DNA of 59,342 bases, the filler included, from Bipalium vagum (taxonomy: Eukaryota): the NCBI GenBank assembly GCA_037834085.1. It is 3 parts of 3 records of this genome, joined end to end, with 100 filler letters (N's around TTAATTAATTAA, not from the genome) between each part and the next. Parts side by side here need not be neighbours in the genome. Positions count along the whole stretch, not along the records: positions 1 to 17,081 come from JBBMKC010079505.1; 2 more parts are not named here. One strand, 5' to 3'. The notes under the pieces were generated by a model. That model had not been told where the DNA came from. It saw only the letters and a list, made by a program, of their open reading frames with translations, and ran no database searches. The translations under genes and the position numbers were made by a program. Shown here piece after piece: positions 1-13,808 of this stretch. Position 1 is the first letter of the stretch. Each line of letters starts with the position of its first letter.

Positions 1-107
1 TATTATATTATTATTATATTAATAATAATGTTACTATTATGGTTTAATTTGTATTATTATATTTTTAAAATTACAATTTTCAACTATTATAAGTCGACGA
101 AATTTAC

Positions 108-416
108 CGAAAATTCCTATCTTTGTGCCCCTCTTTAATCAATTCAATATTTACAACAATCCCCGACCACACGTTGTAAAACAATCCCTCAATAGCTGAA
201 AGATATTGAATATGAAAGTCCGCTTTTTTCACCATATTCACCAGATCTGTTAACTCTTGAATATCATTTTTATTCTTTCCCATTTTCCTCAAGAGAAAAT
301 CTTCCACAACAACAGTCTTGTTCAGAATGACTTCCACGATTTTATCGATTCCCGAAGACCGTACTTTTACGTCATTGGAGTAAATGAACGTATTTCGCAT
401 TTTTAGAAATTTGTTG
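108..416 (-). CDS. Putative coding exon of an unidentified protein (about 103 codons)
   Basis: Stop-free frame of >100 codons in very AT-rich DNA. It is bounded by ccttgacaag| and |gtaaat (phase 2-2) and translates NKFLKMRNTFIYSNDVKV...ELIKEGHKDRNF. No family recognised. Confidence 0.4.
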
Positions 417-769
417 CTTGTCAAGGATCATAAAACACAATTTTTTATCTTATGAGATTTTTAATAATGAAATTGCCGGTGAAAACCCAATTATTTTCTT
501 ACCAGCCTGATAATTACTAATTACATATTACCAATTTTTTATTTACTTAACAGAACAGATTTATTTGTTTTAATGTACAGCCGTTAATGATTTTCTAAAA
601 TAGAATTTCAAATTTAGAAATCATCAATACCGGAGATTATTGTTGTCATTAAAAAGGCAAATTAATTCTAATATCATGAACAAATTTAATTTATTTATAA
701 AAATCCGAGCGATTTTATTGGTGGAAAATAACTTATATAATATTGGATCGGGTTATAGAACTTATTTTC

Positions 770-2989
770 ATGTTAATGCTGATATTTTGCTTTGAGTTAC
801 TTTTTTATCCACATTTAGCTATCAGTGACACCCGACCACTGAGATATGCAGTAGAGGAAGAATCACGAAAGGATACCTTTATAGGAAATATTATTGATGA
901 CACCGGGATCAATTCAAACTTGGTGCTTCAACTCCATTCTGCCGATGGCAAAGCCGACCGTTACTTAAGATTGGAAAATCCTACTGGAAAATTATACACT
1001 TCAAATCCCATTGATCGGGAAGAGATCTGTCCAGTACCCGAACGACTTTGCCACATAGAAGCTGCTGTCCAGGTAGCCCACGGCAAATGGATTAATATCT
1101 TTGTGGAAATTAAAGACATCAATGATCACAAGCCCAAATTCCCGCGACCACACTATCGTTATTCGCTTGCCGAGAATATTGAGATCGGCTACTTGTTGAG
1201 ATTGGAATTAGCTCAGGACGAAGACAGTAGTGTGAACAATGTTATATCCTACGAATTGGATAAGAGAAATAAATATTTTGTGTTGGTTAGAAATAACGAT
1301 GATGGCTTGTTTTTGAGAGTCGAGACAGAAATGGATTATGAGAACATGGAAATGAGAGAAACGGCCCTGAAGCTAATGGCTTGTGATTCCGGGAAACCAA
1401 GGTTGTGTGGGTTCACTGATTTGATAATAACTCTGAAAGACGTCAACGACAATGCTCCTAGATTTAGTAAACCTTACTATGAAACTCTTATCAATGAAAC
1501 CATTAATACAAAGGTTACTTTTATTACGGTTTATGCCCAAGACAAAGATTCTGGCGACAACGGTATTGTAAAATATTCCATTTCAGATTCCACGAATCCT
1601 CTTGTAAGAAATTATTTCCATATTAATGATAGAGGGGAAATGAGTACCATTCAACGATTAGACTTTCTGGAAATGGAAGAAACAGAAGTCAAAATATTGG
1701 CCGAAGATATGGGGTCTCCCCCGATGAGATCGACCTGCGTTGTCAAAATAAAAATAGTGGACATCAATAACCATAAACCGGAAATAAAGATAACACCGGA
1801 TTCCAGCCTTTCTGTAAAGGAAAACAAACAAATCAACTATCAAGTTGGCTTGGTCGCAGTCATAGACCGAGATAAAGGAGCCAACGGTAACACAAATTGC
1901 GTACTGCTTGGTGCAAAGTACACCTTGAAAATGAAACATGTAAATAAAATCAACAACAAAGATTTCTATATAATCTTAACGACAAGAATACTAGACCGAG
2001 AGACGGATTCACAGTTTAGTATCTCTATTTTGTGCACAGATAAGGGTACTCCACCCCTTTCCAGTTTATCAAACATTACTGTGGTCGTGTTAGATGAAAA
2101 CGAATTTTATCCCATCTGGACGAAAACAAATTTCACCGTTGCCATCAATGAGAATGTTGACATATCCACAAACATAATCCAAATAACTGCTAAAGACAGA
2201 GATGCCACAGCGAATTTGACATATCAATTTCTGTCAGAATCTTCAAATCAATTTTCTTTGAACCCCTACACAGGATGGATCAGTACCAAAAGCAAATTAG
2301 ATAGGGAGGAAACAGAAATTTGCAAATTAAGTTGTTATGTTATCGATAATAGTGGATCTCGAACCTTCACCAGTACAACAACCGTTACTATCATTTTGCT
2401 CGATGTAAACGACAACCCTCCCATTTTGCAATCTCCAAAAACTTTTCACATCACGGAAAATATGGTTAATCCTTCGGCACTGATCGGGCAGCTCAGCGCT
2501 ATAGATTACGATCAGGGAGAAAATGCTAAAATCAGATTTGAAATAATCAAAATATTTGCCAGAGAAGGAATAAAATCCAATGACGATATACCTCTTGATT
2601 TATTTCTCATTGATCATGATACAGGACAGATATTTTCTTCAATCACCTTGGATAGAGAAGAAGTCAGCCTATATACTGTCACCATAAGAATGGTTGACAA
2701 AGGCCTGAAACCTTTGAAGACGGAAGAAAACATTGACATTATAGTTTTAGACGAAAACGACAATAAACCCTTGTGGAATTTACCGAACAAAACCTTCAAT
2801 TTTACTTTACCCTTTGACTTGACGTCACCAGTTCTTTATTTGAAGGCCACCGACCAAGACTCGGAGAAGAATGCGAACATAACCTACATGCTGCTATCGA
2901 AATCTGAATATTTTCGACTTCATTCGATTTCGGGCCAGCTTTATCCGTCAAAATCGTTGAAGGAAGGCGTTTATAAATTAACATTCCAG
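770..2989 (+). CDS. Protocadherin (non-clustered, 7-EC type), large first exon encoding signal peptide and EC1 to mid-EC7; 3' part not found
   Basis: First in-frame ATG at 770 followed by a hydrophobic signal. EC1 has LRYAVEEE, IGNI and IDREEIC..C (protocadherin signature). Linkers DINDHKP, DVNDNAP, DINNHKP, DENEFYP, DVNDNPP, DENDNKP; LDRE and AxDxD motifs. Donor CAG|gttggt at 2989/2990. No TM or cytoplasmic exon identified. Confidence 0.93.
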
Positions 2990-4229
2990 GTTGGTTTTAT
3001 TTAATTAAAATTCATTTCATTCATTACCCATGACGTTTGAAGGCCATTATGCAACGAACAATTGAATTATATTGAACTGTCTACTGTATCATAAATAATA
3101 AATAATAATATGTATAAACCATTGTCCGAGGCTGACAATAACAATATTTTAGCTTGGGTTTTAATGAATATAGTTTAATTTGGTCCTTTCACCCGAAAAA
3201 AAGAATTTACCAATTCCATCATCAACTTAATGATAAAATTCATCAACGTTTAATTAATTAATAATTAAAAATTAATAAATAATATTTGCTGTAAAAAGCG
3301 ATGCTAAATCGTACTGACAGCGCTACAACAAAAGAATACACAATATCAAATAATAATAATAATATTTTCCACAGAAATTGAGAAGAAATGGAAATTATCT
3401 CATTATATTTTATTTATTTATTTAAAATATTTCCATGAGGTTTGCAAAAAATATTAAGATCAATATTCGTTTCTCTTTATCATTTTCTATTGATAAAAGG
3501 AATGAAGTAATCTATTTAAAAGACCTGAGGGGATAAACGAATAGTTATATTTTATAAATATTAATTAACTTTTCTTCGACTTTAGACTTACAGAAGTCAT
3601 TAATAAAGGAAAATAGCAATTAATAAGGAAAATAACCTTAGAACATGAAAAACCCGCTTGGTCTTACAAAATGAGGTACAATTAAAGATATTCATGTTGC
3701 CTTTATAGCTAATTTCCATTTCATTTTGTTTTCTAATTATACTGAACATTGAAATTAGTCGGAAAAGTTTTATAAACTTTTTAACAAAACTATAAATTAT
3801 TCTTTTATATTAATATTGCCTCTGATTAATGTATGGATTTATTAGCATTATGTTAATGAAACGAAATTCATTGATTTTTTCTCAATATTAAAAAAATCAA
3901 AAATAATTAATATAAAGTCTGGATTCCCGATATTCTTTTTTTTGTTAAGAAATATATTTTTTTAATCATTTTTTTAAATATTATTAAATATTATGTTATA
4001 TTTTTACGAATTGGCGACGAGACTTGTGAGTATTTTATATTTTATTCATTTTTTGTTTTAACATCACTGATGGTGTAAGAATAAATTCACCCAAACCAAA
4101 TTAAAATCCCAACTTTCACGATCATTATAATTATCATAATTATTATTTTACGACCATGTATATTGCTTAAATTGGTACGCCTTGACTGTGACTTGGTTGA
4201 ACATTAATAATATATAATTTAAGCATTAT

Positions 4230-4850
4230 GTAGGGTGAGTAATAAGTAACAGATTTTTAAAAAAATTAATACATGTATGCTTAAATGTTTAGAAACCAAT
4301 TTTATTTTAAATGAAAACAGAATTTGTGAAATTTTATGAAGCGTTTAATTTTTTTAGGAACTTAACATAATCGCATTTAGATGCATAACATTTAATTTTG
4401 GATAACGCGTCAATTTGAAGAACGAGTCGAAATCTTAATCAATGAAATCAAAAATAATTCAGCTTTTTTGTAAATCTTATTCACACAGATGAACTTTGTC
4501 GGAAATCAAACTTAATTTTTCGACAGGATGAATCTCCTGTTCATTACTGTTTGAGGTTAAAATTTTTTTGAACAGCGCATTTTACGAAATCTAGATTGGA
4601 AGAGCAGGATTATTCCATTAAGCTGCAAGACCACGAGATCTTTCTTCATTGGATTTCTACTTTTTTAAATACCTAAAGATAAAGGTTTATACAAGAAAAT
4701 TAAAGCAGCTAAAAAATCTTATAGATGCAATAGAAGAAGAAATAGCTAAAATATCAATAATTTGTAAAAATGTTGACTTTTTTTCGTTGATTAAAACATA
4801 ATATTAGTGTTCATGGAAAAATATTAATGTTGAAAAATATTAATTTTTAG
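4230..4850 (+). mobile_element. Decayed Tc1/mariner-superfamily transposon (QQDGAPxH / WPARSPDL type)
   Basis: Degenerate translation FRQDESPVHY...*IGRAGLFH*AARPRDLSSLDFYFFKYLKIKVY. TAGGGTG terminus-like sequence at about 4231. Boundaries approximate. Confidence 0.7.
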
Positions 4851-4859
4851 TAACTGTAT

Positions 4860-5350
4860 TTAATTGTCCAAAAATCACAGGAGCATTTAGTTTTCAATAT
4901 ATCCAATTAATTTGGGCTCGTCACATTTTTGGAGAAGAAATATGATGTAATCAAGCCACCAGCATAAACACAGACCCAGACCATGACACCAGGCTGTCAG
5001 ATAAAAATTGTCTAAGCAACAATAAATGCTGTTTCATGTGAAACATTATATAATCATTGGACCGTCTTATAAGTGTAACGGATCATGAAACGGATGACGT
5101 CCACTTTTTCGTGCATCCAAGATACTTCAAGTGTACAGGAATTAGTTAAATATTGTGTTGCTCATTAGTCTACTTAGTGTATCAATATTCATTTCCCGTT
5201 TCCATATTCCTTGAATTGTTATGGGTGAGTTACATTTATATTTAAATTCATCAATTTTGGCTCTCTCTTTAACGCTGTCTGTCATTGCCCAACAATCAAT
5301 GCATAATCTAAAGTAAAAGAATAATTATATTAAAATTTGAAACATTACAT
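4860..5350 (-). mobile_element. Second decayed transposase fragment of the same Tc1-like class, opposite strand
   Basis: Minus translation PGVMVWVCVYAGGLITSYFFSKNVTSPN*LDIL resembles PGVxVWCGxSxxGIIGPFFFxxTVTGxNYLxML. Confidence 0.55.
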
Positions 5351-6559
5351 GTCAACATACACGTGGCAATTGTTCAGCTAAACAAAACTAAATTTTCTAA
5401 GATATATTAAACTTTAAAATTTTAAAGCCACTTAATTGACATTGCATATGTGTAAATGTTAACACTATATATCATATAATTTAATAATAGATAATAAATA
5501 TTTAAATAATATCACAAACTGTTATTTCCATCATCATTATTATTATTATTAAGATATTATTAATGCATTATTAGTACAAAAGAAGATTCAGTGGAATTAC
5601 ATCATTTCTAAAGTAATACAAAATACAATGAGATTTGATGATGGCAAAATAAAAGCATCTATGTGGAATCTGTCTTAATTCACAAGTGATAAAGCTGATT
5701 TCGAGATGGAAATAAAAACCAGAAATTGCTTGCTATTCCCAACCCATGTTATATTCAGACATAATGAGGTGTTAATCGAAGAGAGAATGATGGATAGATA
5801 GCGAAGATATGCTTAATGCAAATTGATAAGAGCGCCTTTCACGTAGGAGAAATATCCTTTTGTAATGATAATTAATTTAAAGAGAAAACAAAAAATACTG
5901 CAGGAGACACGAAAAAACATTACGCTTACCATTTCTGTTTCAGAGGCAATTTAAGGTATTGTCCTCATTTGTAATGATCCCTGAGATTTAATGCTTTCTC
6001 TGGAAATTGTGTTTGTATTTTCTTTAATTAGTCTTGTGTTCTGTTACAATTTTATTTTTTATATCAAGATAATCACTACTGCCTTTTATATTATTTTTCG
6101 TCGGCTTAGAGACCTTTTTGCCCCCCCCCCCTATACTGACAGTGATCATTAGTAAAAAGAATTGCGTGATCAATGGATAAAACAGCCTTGGAGAATTTTA
6201 AGAAAATACCGTTTTAAAAAAATTAATAATTCTTAAAAAAATTGCCATAATTTTTTATTTGGGACTGAGACTATTAATAGATAGCTTGATTATTTATTAA
6301 GTATAATTTTAATTAGGTCTTTATGGAGTATTTACATTAAATAAGAAGCTTTTTCGAACAGTTCTTTCAGTAAGAGCGATGATAACTATTGAGATGATAC
6401 CTAAAATGCCCTAAAATATTTCAGTGAAATCAAACTGTTGATCAATTTTGTTTCACAATCCCGTTATACAATCAATTTAGTTTCACAAGACTGCAAATTA
6501 ATACTTCATAAAATGAATGACAAATTAATTAAACCAAAGATTTATTTAATTTTAACAAT

Positions 6560-7207
6560 GACAATATTTCATTAAATGAATTTTCTTTGAACAAGTCTAA
6601 GAACAAAAATTCATTGATAAAATCTTCTCATTTGTTTTCATCTATTCCTTGACGATCTTTTATTTTTCTTTTTAACTTGTTATCGTAGCTTTCTACATTT
6701 TGCTTATGGACGCCATTTTCTGGATCAACAAAATTTTACTTATGCACAACATTATTATTTGTACCCAGAATCTTTCTTCCCAAGACTTTGTAAGAACGGG
6801 CTTCATCAATATAATTTTTTTATCTAAACTAAACCACATTTTCTTTAATAGGCAAAATTGTGATACTTCTTTTATCGGGTATAATTTCGGCGTATCCTCT
6901 GGCTGGTTTAAAAGAACTGTCAACAATGGTTTAAAGTTTAAACCCAGGTTGGTGCAATCGGCGTTCTTCCTTTGTGAGCTTTGATCCAGAAATCCAAGAG
7001 CCCGTTCTTATACTTATTGTTTTATACATGTATTGTTGTTGAATCTCGATACATAACCATCTGATATCTCTTTACCACTCTTAAATGAAATTGTCAATTT
7101 GCATTCAACACAGATTTGTTCATATTGAAGTAATTCTTTTCTTCTAGCTAATCAAAAAATTCAAGATTGTTGAAAACTGCTAATTTATCTAAAAATGATA
7201 GATCCAT
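6560..7207 (-). mobile_element. Merlin/ISXO2 (IS1595-like) transposase relic, internally deleted
   Basis: Minus fragments ISIRTGSWISGSKL, IVDSSFKPARGYAEIIPDKRSITILPI, IYIDEARSY, VVHK*NFVDPENGVHKQNVESYDNKLK, FINEFLFLD. Short subterminal direct repeats atcaatt(t/a)gtttcacaa at about 6441-6489. Confidence 0.8.
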
Positions 7208-7495
7208 TTTTTTATTATCTGACTATTAATAATATTTTTAACTATTTATATTCTTATTATACATTATACCCAAATTTATTCTGACAACCCCATTATAGAA
7301 CCAATTTAATCTCAAAACTCCATTGTTTACATATTTTTTAAAATTATTGAGAACTCATAGTTTGGTGTCATCATGGACCCTTGTTACAGATCTTATTTAG
7401 AAGAAGCCTATTCTAATATATTTCTACACTAATCCACTCTTTTCTTCATCGGAATTTGCAACTGAAATCCTTTTTCGTTATTATTTAATAATTTG

Positions 7496-7682
7496 NNNNN
7501 NNNNNNNNNNNNNNNNNNNNNNNNNNNNNNNNNNNNNNNNNNNNNNNNNNNNNNNNNNNNNNNNNNNNNNNNNNNNNNNNNNNNNNNNNNNNNNNNNNNN
7601 NNNNNNNNNNNNNNNNNNNNNNNNNNNNNNNNNNNNNNNNNNNNNNNNNNNNNNNNNNNNNNNNNNNNNNNNNNNNNNNNNN
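7496..7682. other. Assembly gap
   Basis: Run of N. Confidence 1.
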
Positions 7683-8170
7683 TGATTTGAGTTTCCCCTC
7701 TCTAAAAGTTATATAACAGAATCTGACATGGTCTGCGGAATAAGTAAACAAAAAATATTCATATGTAAACAAATATTTTCAAAACACACAGTTCTAGTAA
7801 TTTTTTTTATTAATTAATTAATTAGTTAATTAGTTAATTGCTATTTTATTCGGATATTTCCTTTCATATTTCCCGCCAATATCCGATAATGTACCTAAAC
7901 ATGACAATTTACAGATCATATTTTATTTATATTATTTTTCAATTTTGTTTTATAATTGAACAAAATAAATATAAATTAAAAATATTTTAATATCCGATAA
8001 ATTTTTACTTAATTTAATTTAATTTATAATATTATTATTTATTGTAACTAATAATTATATTAAATTTACATTCACTCTCAAAACTTTTTCACTTAAATTT
8101 ATGCATTATGAAATAATAAATAAAATAAACTAATGATTAAAATAGAATTAACATTAATATTAGTGGTTGA

Positions 8171-8192
8171 TAATAATAATAATAAGACTAGT

Positions 8193-8227
<35 letters not shown>

Positions 8228-8230
8228 TAA
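8171..8230. repeat. (AAT)n microsatellite
   Basis: Interrupted taa repeats visible directly. Confidence 0.85.
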
Positions 8231-10692
8231 ATTAATTTGATACTATCTTTATATTAAATTATAAAATATATTTATTTTTGTGACATTGAGAAAAATTATT
8301 TTGAAAAAAATTTTTATAAATTTCATTTTTGAGTCAGAAAATTTTTATTTTATTATCCATTGTATAAAAATTAATTAAGTTTTTTTAACATCATTTTAGA
8401 ATGAACTAATTTTTTATAATTTTCAATTTACACATTCATTAATTGAACAAATTTCCTCATCAAACTTCTCATTAAAAAAATAATAAATATTTTATTATTA
8501 TTTTTTTTTTAATGTTTCACCAATTCTGAACACCAAATCCTTTTAATGTTTTCTTCAAAAAATATTTTTATTATTTTTTATAATTATTATTAAGCATTTC
8601 AAAGAAATGATATATTGCCGATGTCATTTTTGGTAGGAAATAAAGTAATTTTAGAATGATTATGAAAATAATGTCATAAATCAAAGACAAAATTTATAAA
8701 ATTCTTTACAATAAAATTGTTCTCTTGATTATTTTTATTTATTAATATTTTATATTTATTTCTTTCTTTAGAAAAGATTAATTTAAATATTTCAACCATT
8801 GGTCAACGATTCTGTCAATGATTTGTTTATTTCCATAATTCACCATTTTCGATATATATAATGAAATTTTATAACTTGTATTTTTCTAATATTATTTATT
8901 TATATTTATTTCATATCGATGAATAATTGAGAAATATATGATGAATATTAAATAGTATTCAAAGGATAAAACGAGAAATTAAATCTCCCGGGTCCTTAAA
9001 CTTGGGCAAATCAGTAAAAATTATTAACAATTGATTGAAATATAGAAATTTGATTTTATTAATTAATCAAATTTCTTCAATCTTGAAATTATAATAATAT
9101 TGTCAACGAAATAAAATTCAAGTCAGCTTTGTTACGAAACCTAATTTGGGAATTTTGCAAACCGAAAAAAATATATATTCAAATTAAAATCAAAAAAATA
9201 TTTTTTTTAAAAAAAAAATTCTTTAATAATTACTCAATATTATTTTCATGTAAATATTTCTTTCAAAATTATATAATCAAATGAATATTATATTTCTGGA
9301 AAAAAATATAAAACATAATCTAATTAATTCAATATATTTTTTCTTGATTTTTTTTTGTTTTATGTTAATTTCTTATAATAAATAATATAATTATATTTTT
9401 ATTTTACTATTATATTATATTATAATATTAAAAAATTATCGAAAATTTTAATTTGAAAAATAATTGTAAATTTTTTTATTTATCTCTTAATTTTCCTTTC
9501 GATTCAAAACTCTGCAAGCTTCAACAACAACATTGATTTTTGTATTGAAAAAGACGCTTCATTTTTACGTGAGATAAAAAGCATAAATAAATAAAAAAAA
9601 ATTCGTAAAAAAATTTCATAAAATTTTCTAAATATAAAGAGAATCCTAAAAATCATCAAACAAATGAAAAGAAAGGATAAAACAAAGTGAAGAATAGTTT
9701 TTAAATGTGAAAAATGTTTTATTTTTAATTTTAATAATTTTAAATAAATCACACATTAGTTTAGAATTTTTTATTAGAAAAAACTTTAAATAATCAATTA
9801 AAATATAATTTATTTTTTGTAAAAATTAATAAGTTTATTTATTTAATATTCATTTTATATTTCTCAATTATTCTTGTGTATCAAAAATCAAAATATATTC
9901 TAGAAACAGGTTCTTTTATGGATAAATTAATATTTTATTTTTCAATTAAATTGAAATATTTTTCCAAATTAATTAATATAAATAATAAAATTAATATTTA
10001 ATAATGGAAATCATTAACCTTGTCGACATTTAATTTTAAAATGTTATATTGGATTTCGATAATATTTTTAATTAATTTTTCCAATAATAAATAATAATAA
10101 AATATTGATTATAAAATAATAAAATATAATGGAAATTAATATTTACAAATAATAACCAGGAATTTTTTTAGTCGTACTACTCACTATTATTTTTCAAGCG
10201 GCTCTTAATTAATTATTAAAATAATATCGGGTTTCGTTTCAAATTAAATAAAATGATTTTTTAAGAGAAATATTTTCCAGCATAAATGAGAATTTATAGT
10301 TTGACGGTTTCCGAATTTATTATACCTTATGTGACCATTTTTAATTCCTTTAGATGAACTTAACCCTTCTGAACTATAAAATGGGGAATTCCGTTGAAGT
10401 AAATCGTTTTTGAGAGGTTTTATCAAGAAAAATGTAGTGATACTGCTAAAAAATATATGTGAAATATTTTAAAATCATCTGACACCCTGCTTTACACATT
10501 AGTTTTATTATTAGAGCTTAATCCTTTGTTTTTCAAAGGAAAGTAAAATTACTTAAAGTGGTTAGGCACATGGAAAAAAGAAAGTAATAACGAGTTTAAC
10601 AGAGAGATTCTTCCCTACCTTATATGCTCAATAGAATTAAACTGTAAAACAGGTTTATAAACTAATTATTTTCTACTACAAATCTCCCTACG

Positions 10693-10950
10693 TAGGTCAG
10701 TCGAAAAGTTTTAATTATTTCTTATAATAATTAACATCGTTGTTTTTCGAAGTATTAACCGTCACAATCCATACATTCTGTCAAAGCAGTTATTGAAACA
10801 TTTATTTCAATTCGAAGGCGGTATGTCCAATACCTGTGATTTGAATGCTTATACTCGGGATTCACAGTACTTTGAATTAGAGGATCCAGGAGGTTAAAGT
10901 CAATCACAAAATGTACTCCATATGACGCATATTATTTTGTTATAAACTTA
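10693..10950 (-). mobile_element. mariner 3'-end remnant
   Basis: TIR-like taggtcagtcgaaaagt at about 10693. Minus strand reads CMDCDG*YFEK, like the mariner C-terminus KCxxxxGxYFE. Confidence 0.45.
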
Positions 10951-11237
10951 GAAAAGATTTTCCTTTTAAATGTTCTTGAAAAATTGAATTATGTTCATAA
11001 AATAAAAGATGAATTATTAAGGAAGGAAATCATGAAATCCTACGATGTTCGACTTCCTCACAAGAAATTAGAAATGTGTGACCTATTGTGTAATAATAAA
11101 AATATATTTCGTAATTTATCGAATCTTTAATTGCGTCATTAAGTAACTATTCCTCATAAAGTCTGTAGAGAACGAATCAGGTTTTCAAAAAGTTTGTGTT
11201 TCTTATATACAGACTTGACTGTATTTTCAATTAATTA

Positions 11238-11923
11238 CATTCAAACCCGTTATAATGCATCCCTTTATAAGGAAAACCTCGTTATAGTGAAAATTTTTAT
11301 GCCAAATTTGTGGGAACCAATTTTTATATAGAAAAACATCATTCTGAGTTAATCAGTCTTGAAACCTCCTTTTCTAAATGTGACATTGATTCAGTATTGC
11401 AAGATATTCAGATTTTCACCATTAAATCAAATCAGCCGATAAATATGTCTGCCTTGATGATAATATTGTCATTTTGGAGGAGCTGAATACGGAAGAGATT
11501 GTTGGAATTGTTAAATCAACGAATATTTTATCTTCAGATGAGGAGGAATTTGTTAATGACCTAGTGCATATTCCAAGTAAAAAAGAAGTTGTTGATTGTC
11601 TTGATATTATTAGGAGATTTTTTTGTTCATATAATGCATCATCTGATGAAAATCTCCTAAACTTATGAAGTTTGAAGAAAAATCAGAATTACTTTGCAGC
11701 CGACACTGAAACAGAGAACATTGATAGAATACTTTAAATCAAATATTACATTTGGAATGTGAGTTCCATTTCTTTTTTTCAAGTCATAATAACTATAAAA
11801 TGTCATAACAATATTTTAGTTATTAAGTTATAACATAATCGACAACCCCGTTTTTTATGAAATCCCGTTATAAGGGAAATTTTCACGCTGCACGAACCTG
11901 CCCCTTAAAACGGGGTTTGACTG
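11238..11923 (+). mobile_element. Non-autonomous pogo/Tigger element with both TIRs and TA target duplication
   Basis: Left end TA|cattcaaacccgttataa; right end ttaaaacggggtttgactg|TA. Subterminal cccgttataa repeats. Internal ORF 11474-11668 (EELNTEEIV...PSKKEVVDCLDIIRRFF) matches the acidic C-terminus of Tigger transposases. Confidence 0.85.
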
Positions 11924-13754
11924 TATTTCCATAATCGTTTTAGTCGTTCTATTTCTATTTATTATTTGAATGAATCGAAATGAACTTGAAAGCCAGTACT
12001 ATAAGCTTACATTTAATTATTTTATCATCATATTTTTAAACTGTGAAAATTAAAAAATGTATCAAAAAGGATTTTAAAAAGATTTTTAGATGTCACTTTT
12101 TAAATAGTAAAATTAGGTCTACAGCTGAAAATAAAGAGTTTTTGAAAATGAGAAGAAATACTTTTTTATTTTATTCAATAAAATCAAACATAAAAATGGT
12201 ATATACTTCTTGGCAATTAGACGTAGACATTCATAGTTGAGGAGGAGACTTGTGGTTTTTATGATTAAATCGAAATGAAGCTGAAATGTATATGTATATA
12301 TGTATGAGTAAATAATGACAGAACTTGTCAAGTCTTTTTTAATTGATCAAAATTAGAGATTAATAAACATTAAAATTTTCGAAGTCGCATAAAATGAGAA
12401 TTTTTCAACATTATTCTCTTTTTCACGGTGAATATTCAACAATGCAGCTGAAGAAGTGCTTGCATAAATCTAACACTTCATACTTGCATTAAAAATTGTA
12501 CTAAAATAATAAAAATTAAGGGGAAATTATACTCAGTAATATCTTATCCCATCCATAAATTATCATCATATCCACTTGTCTTTTAGAGGAATGTTTTATG
12601 GTCTTCACGTGAAATATGAAATAAATCAATTTCTTTTCATTATCCCTGATCAAAGTCGTTCATTCCACTTTTGAATTAATCATTTTACAAGGAGAAATTT
12701 GCAAAATATTTATTACGATTTTGACGTTTTCAGAGAATGTCTTCCGTTATTAATGAAAAATATATTTTAATGTTTTTGTGAATTAATAATTATTTAAAAT
12801 GTCATTTGTAACTTATTTAATGATTAATCATTTCGTTCATTTCTTTGAGCAAATACGTCTCGATCTGCCTTTAATACAGATTTAATCAGATGTCAAGACT
12901 ATTTTGTTAGGCTATATTTTCCCACTTCCGGTAAATATTTACTGCTTTTTCCCTTTGTGATTTCAGGTTTTATATATAATAATCAAAAATGATTTAATTC
13001 TCATTTTTATAAAATATAATTTTCTGATCATTGGAATAAAAAAATAGTCGGGTCTATATTAAGAAAATCTTAATTTTGATTATATTAAATAAATAAATAA
13101 TCGCAATGTCTGGAATAATAGTATTATTAATAAAAAACTTTTAAAGAAATATAATTATTATTATTATTGATTTAATTTTATTATTATTATTTATATTATT
13201 TTTTTTTTTTTATTTTTATTATTATTTATTCATTTTTATTATTAATAATATTTTATTGTTATTTCTTAATGATATGACTGTCATAATCATCAGTATTGAG
13301 CTGTATATACATGTTAGTAAAATATTACTATTAAAAATACTATATTATCATTATTATTATCATTTGAAACATGAAAGAAGGAGATAAAAGCATTAAGATA
13401 ATAATATTAAATATTATATCACTGTAAAAAGAAGTCATTAATCTTATCATCAGTGCGTTGATGAAATTTATAATGTTCAAATGGATCAAAATGATATGGT
13501 TCACCGCTTTAATTTGTTATAAGGAATTTCTGAGTCTTTTTGCTAGTATAAAAGAGATGTATGGGTCTGGACATAATTGCTTCAGTTCAGTGGGAAAATA
13601 TAAAATAATTACATGAAATTTCAAATGAGAAAATATTATGTTTATTATATTTTCAATAATAAGAGGAATAATCACAGATTACAATTAATTATAAATGGGA
13701 AATATTTTTATCTTATTTCATAAAATGTAATCCCAGTGAGGGATACGGTGTTAA

Positions 13755-13789
<35 letters not shown>

Positions 13790-13808
13790 GAAGAAGAAGA
13801 AGAAGAAA
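13755..13808. repeat. Compound (GAT)n(GAA)n microsatellite
   Basis: atgatgatg... followed by gaagaagaa... Confidence 0.9.

Noticed and set aside
1651-2984. Minus-strand ORFs within the protocadherin
   Set aside because: Antisense shadows of a coding exon.
7485-7772. ORFs containing poly-X
   Set aside because: They span an N gap.
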